The notes beneath the pieces were generated by a model, which was not told the DNA's origin, did no database searches, and was given only the letters and a program-made list of their open reading frames with translations. From an uncultured Methanomicrobiales archaeon (GTDB lineage Archaea > Halobacteriota > Methanomicrobia > Methanomicrobiales > Methanospirillaceae): DNA of 64,000 bases. The stretch spans positions 16,397 through 80,396 of the forward strand of contig CASGHK010000001.1 in assembly GCA_949320185.1 (NCBI GenBank), in the 5' to 3' direction. How positions within the stretch are numbered: position 1 is the first letter of the stretch; every line of letters begins with the position of its first letter. Made by a program: the position numbers and the translations under genes. Of this stretch, positions 35,035 to 47,694 are shown piece after piece.

Positions 35035-36614
35035 TGGAACGGTCTGTCTTCTTTGGTCCGAACCGGGTCTACGGCGATGTCCCGGTCTCACGCTTCGGCA
35101 ACAAGGCGGCGGTGCTGGCCCGGATGGCCGAATCAGGTGTCCCGGTGCCGCCGGGCTTCGCACTATCGGTTCAGGTCTGCGAGGAGTACTTCGCCGCTGA
35201 CCACGTCCTTCCGCCCGACACCGAGTCCCTCCTCCGACAGGGGATGACCCAGCTGGAGGAGGCGACGGGTCTCTCCTTTGGGTCGGTGCGCCGCCCCCTT
35301 CTCGTCTCGGTACGGTCCGGTGCCGCCATCTCGATGCCGGGCATCATGGAGACGGTCCTGAATGTCGGGCTCAATCGCGATACGGTCGGCGGGCTGGTCT
35401 ACCGGACAGGGAATCCGCGGTTCGCCTGGGACTCGTACCGGCGGTTCCTTGCCCAGTTCGGCGAGGTTGTTCGGGGTATCGCGCCCTCCCGGTTCCGGGA
35501 TATCCTGCACGAGGTGATGGAGCAGGAGGGCGTCCCAGACGAGAGCGAGCTCGGCACGGCGGGGGTTCGAGAGGCCGCCAACCGGTTCGAACGAATCTAC
35601 TGGGAGACGGGAACCGCCTTCCCAACCGACACCCTGGATCAGCTCGTTGCCTGTACGAAGGCTGTCATCGCCTCGTGGGAGAGCCCCCGTGCCGATGCGT
35701 TCCGGAGGCTCGGGCTGGCAGGCGGGGCCACCGGAACGGCCGTCGTGGTTCAGGCGATGGTCTTCGGCAACCTCGGAGCGGCCTCGGGCGCCCGTGTCGC
35801 GTTCACCCGCAACCCCTGGAACGGAGCCCGCGAACTCACTCTGGACTTCCGGTTCGGGGCGCAGGGGGAAGAGGTCGTCTCGGGGGACCGCTCCGGCCAT
35901 GATCAGGCGACCTTCGCCCGGGTGATGCCTGAGCAATTTGCTGCCCTGCGCACTATCGGACAGGTTCTCGAACGGGAGTTCGCCGACATGCTCGACCTCG
36001 AATTCACGATCGAGGAAGGGCGGCTCTTCCTCCTGCAGTGCCGCGCTGGAAAGAGAACGCCGCTCGCCGCTCTGCAGGTGGCCGTCGACTTTGTTCGCGA
36101 GGGACTGATCGACGAACAGGAGGGGGCACGGCGCCTCGCCGGGATAGACGTGGACGGGATTCGCATCAGGAGGGTCGGAGGAGATCGGCCCCCACTGGCG
36201 AGTGGGACGCCGGCATCGGGCGGCGTTGCTGTCGGAACGTGCGCATTCTCAGCGGAACGGGCCGAACAGGACGCTGTTGACGGCCCCGTCGTCCTGGTTC
36301 GACCAACAGCGTCCCCCGACGATATCGGAGGGATAGATGCTGCTGCCGGCCTGCTCGTCGCGCGCGGGGGACGGACCTCCCACGCGGCGGTGGTTGCCCG
36401 GCAGCTCGGGGTCGTCTGCGTCGTAAACTGCCAGTCCCTCGTCGTCGATCCTGTCCGTCACCGGTGCTCCTTCGGTTCCGTTCTCGTTCGAGAGGGGGAG
36501 ACGATCTCGATCGACGGAGACGTTGGGAATGTGTACCTTGGCGCAGTGGACGTCGTCGAAGAAACGCCGCAGGAACTCATCGCGACGTTCCGGGACTGGC
36601 CGACAGGGGGATGA
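35034..36614 (+). CDS. PPDK-like protein: ATP-grasp nucleotide-binding plus phosphohistidine swivel domains only, with no PEP/pyruvate TIM-barrel domain
   Basis: ATG overlaps the upstream TAA (TAATG). RFGNKAAVLARMAESGVPVPPGF, PLLVSVRSGAAISMPGIMETVLNVGLN, MVFGNLGAASGARVAFTRNP, DLEFTIEEGRLFLLQCRAGKRT, VLVRPTASPDDIGGIDAAAGLLVARGGRTSHAAVVARQLG, ISIDGDVGNVYLG. The ORF then ends at 526 aa. Confidence 0.85.
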   Translation: MERSVFFGPNRVYGDVPVSRFGNKAAVLARMAESGVPVPPGFALSVQVCEEYFAADHVLPPDTESLLRQGMTQLEEATGLSFGSVRRPLLVSVRSGAAISMPGIMETVLNVGLNRDTVGGLVYRTGNPRFAWDSYRRFLAQFGEVVRGIAPSRFRDILHEVMEQEGVPDESELGTAGVREAANRFERIYWETGTAFPTDTLDQLVACTKAVIASWESPRADAFRRLGLAGGATGTAVVVQAMVFGNLGAASGARVAFTRNPWNGARELTLDFRFGAQGEEVVSGDRSGHDQATFARVMPEQFAALRTIGQVLEREFADMLDLEFTIEEGRLFLLQCRAGKRTPLAALQVAVDFVREGLIDEQEGARRLAGIDVDGIRIRRVGGDRPPLASGTPASGGVAVGTCAFSAERAEQDAVDGPVVLVRPTASPDDIGGIDAAAGLLVARGGRTSHAAVVARQLGVVCVVNCQSLVVDPVRHRCSFGSVLVREGETISIDGDVGNVYLGAVDVVEETPQELIATFRDWPTGG

Positions 36615-36625
36615 GACCGTCGCCG

Positions 36626-37624
36626 TCAGATGACCCTGACTGGGCGCCGATATGCGGAAAGCCCCATCATCACGAACAGGTAGAATGCGAGGGCGACGAG
36701 GAGGACCTCGGCATAGAGCACCCCCCAGCGCAGAAGCGCCGGCTCGAAGGCGAGCGGTTCTGAGAAGAGCGATCCGAAGACGTTGAGCGAGAGTGTTCCC
36801 TGACCCCATCCCTGCAGGATGGATGCCACCGGCAGGGCCAGGAGCGAACAGGCGACGGTCCCCACCCCCTCTCGTCGGGTCAATTCCCTGGGCTCCAGGA
36901 GGACGAACGGTGTGATCACCGCGACGGCCGGGACGAGGAGGGGGAGAACCAGGGACTCGGACCCGACCAGCATGGGGGCGGACTGCGCGAACGCCGTGAT
37001 CGTCACGGCACCGGCGATGACCGGGAAGAGCAGGAGCATGTGAACCCCTTTCTCGGGGACGAAACGGATGAACTGGAGGAGGGCAAGCGCAAGCAGCCCT
37101 CCCAGGACTGCCTCGCCGACGAAGAGCGAGGCGATCAAAAGGAGCATCCCGAAGAAGAACCCCGAGATGATCGACGACATCCGGTCAGCGATCTCGTCGA
37201 CGAACAGGACGAGCGCGTACCCGATCCCGGAGGTGATCATGGCGAAGAGAAAGAGGGCGAGAGAAGCGATCGGCCACGAGCCATGAGTTTCGATGCCGGC
37301 GATGCCTGAGAGCAGGGTACCGAGCCCGGTCAGGGGAGACGGCACGAAGATGAAAAGAAGAACGATCGAGACCGCTCCAGCCACCAGCACTGCCATGGTC
37401 CTCGAGACGCGGTCGAGTGCGTAGGAAAAGGCAGGGAGGATCACGAGCGTGGCAAGCGATACCAGCCCGGCAAGGAGCAGGAATCCCGCGCCCTCCCGCC
37501 CGGTGGGGGAGACTGCATACAGGGCGAGCATGCAGGCAATTGCAAGCAGGACCGGAATGATCTGCTGCCACCGTTCAGTGACTCCCCGTTTCAGGACCTG
37601 GTAGAGAATTGGAGGAACGAGCAC
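36626..37624 (-). CDS. Polytopic integral membrane protein, function unknown
   Basis: 332 aa, GTG start, about 9-10 hydrophobic segments, no recognisable motif. Confidence 0.65.
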   Translation of the reverse strand: MLVPPILYQVLKRGVTERWQQIIPVLLAIACMLALYAVSPTGREGAGFLLLAGLVSLATLVILPAFSYALDRVSRTMAVLVAGAVSIVLLFIFVPSPLTGLGTLLSGIAGIETHGSWPIASLALFLFAMITSGIGYALVLFVDEIADRMSSIISGFFFGMLLLIASLFVGEAVLGGLLALALLQFIRFVPEKGVHMLLLFPVIAGAVTITAFAQSAPMLVGSESLVLPLLVPAVAVITPFVLLEPRELTRREGVGTVACSLLALPVASILQGWGQGTLSLNVFGSLFSEPLAFEPALLRWGVLYAEVLLVALAFYLFVMMGLSAYRRPVRVI

Positions 37625-37713
37625 AGCAGGTGCATACCAGGCCCAGGAGGGACCGGGAATCAGGGAGGTGAGGAGGTCGGGTGTCGTAAAAGAGAGATCA
37701 GCGGGAATTGGTT

Positions 37714-37720
37714 AAAAAAA
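37714..37720 (-). terminator. Oligo-T terminator candidate after gyrA
   Basis: A T7 run on the minus strand about 27 nt downstream of the gyrA stop codon. Confidence 0.35.
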
Positions 37721-37746
37721 TTGGCTTTTATCTGTCGGCTTCGCCC

Positions 37747-42316
<4,570 letters not shown>

Positions 42317-42412
42317 TCAGACCTCTTATAGATCCCGATCGAACAATCCGGGAGGGTTGGTTCCCGGGAGATTTTTAAAAACGAGATTGAATTCGAGTCT
42401 TTCAATACCAGC

Positions 42413-42721
42413 TCAGTCGAATGATCCGACAGCGGCGTCCTGGATGCCGAGCGCCTGGTCGACAGCGACACAGAGGCGTGCGAAGAGGCGCTTGATCTCA
42501 GGCAGCTCCTCTCGATCGACTGTTCCGGCCTGGTGCCAGAGAATCCGTTTTCTGAGCAGAGTCAGCAGCTCTTCGACTTCGGTTTTAAGAAACATGTCGG
42601 GCAGGACGAGTTCGTCCAGGTGATCGGCGAGACCATAGAACGCCTGCTCGGGGGGCAGGCAGAGGTGCCGTTCGATCAGCATAAGGTTCGTTACAAAACC
42701 GCGTCCGAACTTCGACGCCAT
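42413..42721 (-). CDS. Hypothetical protein (102 aa)
   Basis: ATG-initiated ORF filling the gap between the PP2C gene and gyrB on the same strand. Non-repetitive, helical-looking sequence with no recognisable motif. Confidence 0.4.
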   Translation of the reverse strand: MASKFGRGFVTNLMLIERHLCLPPEQAFYGLADHLDELVLPDMFLKTEVEELLTLLRKRILWHQAGTVDREELPEIKRLFARLCVAVDQALGIQDAAVGSFD

Positions 42722-42848
42722 GAGATAGCATTCTCCCCCCCTCTTAAAATGGCTGCCGGAACGAACAGGCTCAGGATCAGGAGAGGCTGCAGGCAGGCAT
42801 GAGACGTCCCCGTCCGGGATCGGGTGTTGCCTCCCCCCCCCGAGCGGT

Positions 42849-43583
42849 TCATAACGCGGGCTCGTCGATCACGATCACCGAGATGTTGTCGAGTCCGCCC
42901 CGGTCGTTTGCCCGGTTCACCAGCTCACGGCAGCACCGCATCGGCTCTTTAAAGCGGTTCAGCACCGTCTCGATCTCCGGGTCGGCGAGCATATTTGTCA
43001 GCCCGTCGGAACAGAGGAGGAGCCGGTCACCGGGCCTTCGTTCAACGGTGCGGAGATCGGGGACTGCACCCTCGGGCCGCCTAAGGGACCGTGTGATCAC
43101 GTTCCGTTGCGGGTGGTGTCTGGCTGCCTCCGCCGTGATTCGGCCGGTATCGAGCAGTTCCTGGACCACTGAGTGGTCCCTCGTCAGCACCTCGATTCGC
43201 TCGTCCCGAAGGAGGTATGCCCGACTATCCCCCACGTGAGCCACGAGGAACGGACCGTTGGCGGGGATGAAGACGACCACCACGGTCGTTCCCATGCCGC
43301 GAAGACCTGGATCGGCGGCTGCACGCTCCCGAACGACGTCACCCGCACGGGCGATTGCTGCGCGCACAAACGTCTCTGGAGCCTCGTTCGCCTCTTTCCC
43401 TTTGAGAACCTCCCCGATCTTCCTCGCCGCCAGCCGGCTCGCGACGTCCCCCCCGGGAAGGCCCCCCATGCCGTCGGCGACGACGAAGACCGCTGCTCCG
43501 AGATCGGCGAAGATCGCGTCCTCGTTGGTCTTTCGTTTTTTCCCGGGATCCGTCAGCCACCCAGACCTGAGCATGTTTCTCAT
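42849..43583 (-). CDS. PP2C-family Ser/Thr protein phosphatase
   Basis: NEDAIF, VVADGMGG, GTTVVVV, AHVGDSRAYL, LLLCSDGLT, DNISVIVI. Confidence 0.9.
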   Translation of the reverse strand: MRNMLRSGWLTDPGKKRKTNEDAIFADLGAAVFVVADGMGGLPGGDVASRLAARKIGEVLKGKEANEAPETFVRAAIARAGDVVRERAAADPGLRGMGTTVVVVFIPANGPFLVAHVGDSRAYLLRDERIEVLTRDHSVVQELLDTGRITAEAARHHPQRNVITRSLRRPEGAVPDLRTVERRPGDRLLLCSDGLTNMLADPEIETVLNRFKEPMRCCRELVNRANDRGGLDNISVIVIDEPAL

Positions 43584-43643
43584 GCGCTCCTCCGCTGCAT
43601 GGACAGGATTTGGACAGGTCGCATAAGAACCTTGATGCGACCG

Positions 43644-44462
43644 CTATCCGAACAGGAGATATACTGCCAGAGGACAGCCGATCACGACCGCCATGCAGGC
43701 GAAGAGCGTCCCCCACTCGGACCGGGCGAGGGCCTTCTTCGGCACGAAGAGGAAGGCATCCTTGCCATACCCCCGGCAGAGCATGGCGGTATAGGTCCTC
43801 TCTCCCTGTTCATACGAGCGAATGAACATGGTCCCGATGGTGTTGCCGAGCTGGCGAATCCGATAACCGTACGGCAGTGACCGATCGAACGGGTCGAAGC
43901 ACCGTGTTGAGAGAGCATTTCGTACTCGGAGAAACATCTGGCCGAAGACGAAGAGGTACCGGGTCATCATACCGAGGATCAGGGTGAATTCCGAGGGGAA
44001 ACCGAGGCGGCGGGCCCCCACGAGAAGGTCCTGGATCCTGGTCGTCGAGGAGAGCAGAATGATGAAGCCGATGCAGAGGACAAACCGGACGCCGATCATT
44101 GACGCCTTCGCACACGCTTCCGCAGTGATGACGACCCCGAATGGGAGCTCGGTCAGCACGGTCTCAGTCGGAAACGGGATGGGAGGAAAAAGGACCTGGA
44201 AGAGAAGGATCGAGAGTCCGAACGGGAGGATGACGAGTATCCTCGCCAGGAAAGTGCGGAGGGGGACACGAGAGATGGCGAGAGAGAGACCGAGGAGCAC
44301 GGCGAAGACAAGGGCGACGTAGTACACGGAGGGATTGACCGGGTAGGCGACGAGGGCGATGATCGCCCCGAAGGTGACGATCAGCTTGATCCGGGCATCG
44401 AGCCGATGCAGCGGGCTGGTGCCGTAGGCCAGACGTTCGATCTCGAAGAGGTCCTCGATCAT
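43644..44462 (-). CDS. cbiQ: ECF transporter transmembrane (T) component, CbiQ family
   Basis: 272 aa. SPLHRLDARIKL near the N-terminus, 5-6 TM segments, an ARG-type coupling motif region (ALSTRCF), and a 4-nt overlap with cbiO. Confidence 0.85.
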   Translation of the reverse strand: MIEDLFEIERLAYGTSPLHRLDARIKLIVTFGAIIALVAYPVNPSVYYVALVFAVLLGLSLAISRVPLRTFLARILVILPFGLSILLFQVLFPPIPFPTETVLTELPFGVVITAEACAKASMIGVRFVLCIGFIILLSSTTRIQDLLVGARRLGFPSEFTLILGMMTRYLFVFGQMFLRVRNALSTRCFDPFDRSLPYGYRIRQLGNTIGTMFIRSYEQGERTYTAMLCRGYGKDAFLFVPKKALARSEWGTLFACMAVVIGCPLAVYLLFG

Positions 44463-45298
44463 GGTCGCGGGCGGAGAGCGAGGGCGGCAGCGAGGGCGTT
44501 CTCCGCCTCCTCGAGGGTGTACGCCACCGGGATGACGGCTCCGCGCCGGCGGAGCGACCGGCAGAGCTTCGGGATCACCGGGAGGTCGAGCCGGATCCGC
44601 TGGAGCAGCTCCTCCTGCTCGAAGACCTCAGGGACCGTTCCCTGGACGAGGATTCGGCCCTGGTCCATCACGTAGACGTAGTCGGCCATTCGAGTGACCA
44701 GGTCGAGTTCGTGTGTCGAGAAGATCACGGTCATGCCGTACTGGTTCCAGAGCGAGTTGACGAACCGCACCAGGTCATCCCGTCCGCGGGGGTCGAGCCC
44801 TGCTGTCGGTTCGTCCATCACGAGCACCCCCGGCTCCATGGCCAGGACGCCGGCGATGGCTACTCGTTTCTTCTCTCCACCCGAGAGGTGGTGCGGGGCG
44901 CGGTGGCGAAGATACTCGATGTCGAGGAGACCCAGCGCCTCGTCGACACGGTGCATAACGGTCGTCTCGTCCAGCCCCAGGTTTGTGGGGCCGAAGGCGA
45001 CATCCTGCTCCACGGTCGGCGCGAAGATCTGGTCGTCGGGGTTCTGGAAGACGACACCGATGAACTTGCGTACCTCTTTGAGGTTCTTCTTCGTGATCGG
45101 CTCGCCTCGAATCAAGACTTGGCCCGACTGGGCCATCAGCACCCCGTTGAGATGTCGAAAGAGCGTAGACTTACCGGCCCCATTGGGACCGATCACCGCG
45201 ATCCGCAGGTTTCGGGGGGCGACGAAGTTCACACTATCGAGCGCCCTCACGCTGTCGCGATACGCATGGGAGAGGTTGACGGTCTCAATGAGGTGCAT
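44459..45298 (-). CDS. cbiO: ECF transporter ATPase, CbiO family
   Basis: GPNGAGKST (Walker A), LSGGEKKRVAIAG (signature), LVMDEPTAGLD (Walker B). Confidence 0.9.
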   Translation of the reverse strand: MHLIETVNLSHAYRDSVRALDSVNFVAPRNLRIAVIGPNGAGKSTLFRHLNGVLMAQSGQVLIRGEPITKKNLKEVRKFIGVVFQNPDDQIFAPTVEQDVAFGPTNLGLDETTVMHRVDEALGLLDIEYLRHRAPHHLSGGEKKRVAIAGVLAMEPGVLVMDEPTAGLDPRGRDDLVRFVNSLWNQYGMTVIFSTHELDLVTRMADYVYVMDQGRILVQGTVPEVFEQEELLQRIRLDLPVIPKLCRSLRRRGAVIPVAYTLEEAENALAAALALRPRP

Positions 45299-45338
45299 GG
45301 TCCAGTTCTCTACAGAATCAGCAGGAAAAAGGGAAAAA

Positions 45339-45686
45339 TTATGATGATCCCGTCCGGCTGAATTTCTTCAGACCCTTGCCGAGCGCGAAGACAAGCAGAA
45401 GGGCGAGTATGGTGCCGACCACGAGCAGGACCGTGTCGGTCATCTTGGTCGCTCCCTCGATGGTGTAGTCGGGGAAGGGGGCAGAATATTCGAACTCTCC
45501 CGGAAGGGCGGACTCGTCTATCTCTGCATCCGGGTTCGCCGGCTGCGTCAGGTCCTTCTGGCCCTGCATGACCAGGGCGGTGCTGTCGAGGCCATCAGGA
45601 TCGCCTGAGGCGAAGAAGACTGCGGAGATCCCGATTATCAGCGCCACGACCAGTCCGATGGTCAGAAAGGTCCGGTTCGAGATCAT
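45339..45686 (-). CDS. PDGLE-domain membrane protein (occupies the CbiN/NikN position)
   Basis: 115 aa. An N-terminal TM helix followed by GDPDGLDS (PDGLE-type motif), and a C-terminal TM helix. ATGA overlap with cbiM. Confidence 0.7.
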   Translation of the reverse strand: MISNRTFLTIGLVVALIIGISAVFFASGDPDGLDSTALVMQGQKDLTQPANPDAEIDESALPGEFEYSAPFPDYTIEGATKMTDTVLLVVGTILALLLVFALGKGLKKFSRTGSS

Positions 45687-46321
45687 GATGGAGCCCCCGT
45701 CGGGTGATCGAGGATATCGGGGCGCGAGTTCACGATCAGCCCGAGGACAACCGCCGTGATGCCCGCCTCGATCAGGCCGATCAGGGCATGGTAGATGCCC
45801 ATGCTGATCATCCCGGGGACGAGCGGGAAGGTACCGGCTATCGCCAGTTCAATCGCAGCGCAGAGTGCCGGTATGAGGCATGCAAGCCATGCCGCACCTG
45901 CAGCGGAGGCATAGATATTCCGGGTGACGGAGAGGAGTCCGTGGTACCCGTAGTACCCGACGAACCCGCCGATCACGCCCATGTTGATGATGTTAGTTCC
46001 CATGACGGTGATACCGCCGTCACCGAACAGGACGCCCTGGACGATCAGGACGAGCGAGAGGACGAAGATCGCGGCGAACGGCGATCCGAGTACGATAGCG
46101 ACGAGCGCCCCTCCGACGAGGTGCCCGCTCGTTCCCATGGTGACCGGGAGGTTGAATGCCTGGAGGGCAAAGACGCCGGCAGCGAGGACTGCTACGAGAG
46201 GGACTTTCTCCTCGCTCATCTCGTTTTTTACCCACCGGAGGGCCAGGACGATGAAGACGAGGGCGATGACCCAGTAGACTGCGCCCTGGGTGATGGGTAT
46301 GAATGAGTCGGGAATGTGCAT
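45683..46321 (-). CDS. cbiM: ECF transporter substrate-capture component, CbiM/NikM family
   Basis: Begins MHIPD (the metal-ligating Met-His N-terminus typical of CbiM/NikM). 6-7 TM segments. GTSGHLVGG. Confidence 0.9.
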   Translation of the reverse strand: MHIPDSFIPITQGAVYWVIALVFIVLALRWVKNEMSEEKVPLVAVLAAGVFALQAFNLPVTMGTSGHLVGGALVAIVLGSPFAAIFVLSLVLIVQGVLFGDGGITVMGTNIINMGVIGGFVGYYGYHGLLSVTRNIYASAAGAAWLACLIPALCAAIELAIAGTFPLVPGMISMGIYHALIGLIEAGITAVVLGLIVNSRPDILDHPTGAPS

Positions 46322-46404
46322 GATGTCACCTGATCGTGTTACGCGATTGATTTATTGTATTACCGGGTTGGAGAAAAAGGTTCCTTTTTGTTATCCGCCC
46401 ACCC

Positions 46405-47565
46405 TCAGTCGCGTCCGACGATCTCTGCGATCCCGAGGCGCATCAGGATCGGCAGGACCGGCCAGAGGGCCGGCAAACGGCAGAGTCGGGCGAGAAGCGT
46501 GCTCGGGCGGTCCATGTCCCCATGCTCGATTATCGCCTGGATCACCCTGGGATTGCCGAAGGCACGCAGCAGCCGATCGATCTCCTCGGGGGTAACCCGG
46601 CGCCGGGCCATCTGGAGACGGTATCCGAGCGAGAGCTCCCGGCCGAAGTCCGCCTTCCAGCGTGTCTCGTAGGCGGCGAGAGCTTCGTCCGAGAGATCAC
46701 CTGCCTCCAGGCAGGCGGCTGCAGTCTCTGCCGCGTATCGCCCGGAACGAACTCCGGTGTAGATACCCCCACCGGAGGTGGGCTTTGCGAGGCCTGCCGC
46801 GTCTCCTGCAAAGAGAGTGCGCCGTCCATAACTCCTGGGGATCGTGCCGAGGGGTATGGTGCCTGAGACCTGGTGGACGACGGATCCCTGCCAGCGCGCG
46901 CGGAACGCCTGGAACAGCTCCTGGACTCCTGTCTCTCCGCAGAGCCCGATCCTGACAATCCGGTCGGAGACAGGAATGGACCAGGCGAAGAATTCGGGTG
47001 CTGCATTCGGGAAGATCTCGACGAGACCGGTCTTCACCGTCTCGGAAAGGAGGATGTCCGCCTGGACGCCGCCCAGGTAGGTTGGGGCCCGTTCCATCCC
47101 GAGTGAGCGGGCAATGGTCCCCCTCGGTCCATCGGCAGCGATCAGAATACCGAAGCCAATCTCTGCGGGCGAAGGCCCACCCGTGACCACTCGGTCACCT
47201 TCGACACGCCGGACCGGGCTTTTGAGCCGGAAATCCGCCCCGGCGTAGGCGGCAGCACGGGCCATCTCCCGGTCGAGTTCACCCCGGTCGACAACGAGCG
47301 CCTTGGTGTGTCCTGCGTCGAAGACCAGTTCTCCTCCCATGTCGGAGACGATTCGGGCACCCTGGACCCGGTTCCTGACCGGTCGATCCGAGACGAGGCA
47401 TTCTGCGAACGCCGCCACGGAGAGGAGGCCTGCACACTGCACCGGGTGGCCGATGGTCCCGTGCTCCTCAAGCACCAGGGTGGAGAGGCCGAGCGATGCC
47501 GCCCGCTCGGCAGCTGCTGCCCCGACAGGTCCGGCACCCACCACCACGCAGTCATAGCGCTCCAT
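46405..47565 (-). CDS. Geranylgeranyl reductase family FAD-dependent oxidoreductase
   Basis: YDCVVVGAGPVGAAAA (FAD GxGxxG), HPVQCAGLLS, GDAAGLAKPTSGGGIY. Confidence 0.85.
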   Translation of the reverse strand: MERYDCVVVGAGPVGAAAAERAASLGLSTLVLEEHGTIGHPVQCAGLLSVAAFAECLVSDRPVRNRVQGARIVSDMGGELVFDAGHTKALVVDRGELDREMARAAAYAGADFRLKSPVRRVEGDRVVTGGPSPAEIGFGILIAADGPRGTIARSLGMERAPTYLGGVQADILLSETVKTGLVEIFPNAAPEFFAWSIPVSDRIVRIGLCGETGVQELFQAFRARWQGSVVHQVSGTIPLGTIPRSYGRRTLFAGDAAGLAKPTSGGGIYTGVRSGRYAAETAAACLEAGDLSDEALAAYETRWKADFGRELSLGYRLQMARRRVTPEEIDRLLRAFGNPRVIQAIIEHGDMDRPSTLLARLCRLPALWPVLPILMRLGIAEIVGRD

Positions 47566-47694
47566 CTGCCTGATATTTGGTGTTTCTCGGCATTAACGGT
47601 GCGCGACCCGTGTCCTTGATCGATGAGGGCCAGACGGTGTCTTACCGCTGCTGCCCGGTCTTCGACAGGAAAGAGAAAATGGTGTTGGGAGATT

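Noticed and set aside
46322-46404. Possible cobalamin/metal riboswitch upstream of cbiM
   Set aside because: Only 83 bp separate cbiM from the upstream gene. They contain a short hairpin plus T-run (AAAAAGG-TT-CCTTTTT), best read as the terminator of the reductase gene, and an AT-rich promoter-like patch. There is no room for, and no sign of, a B12-box-type structure.
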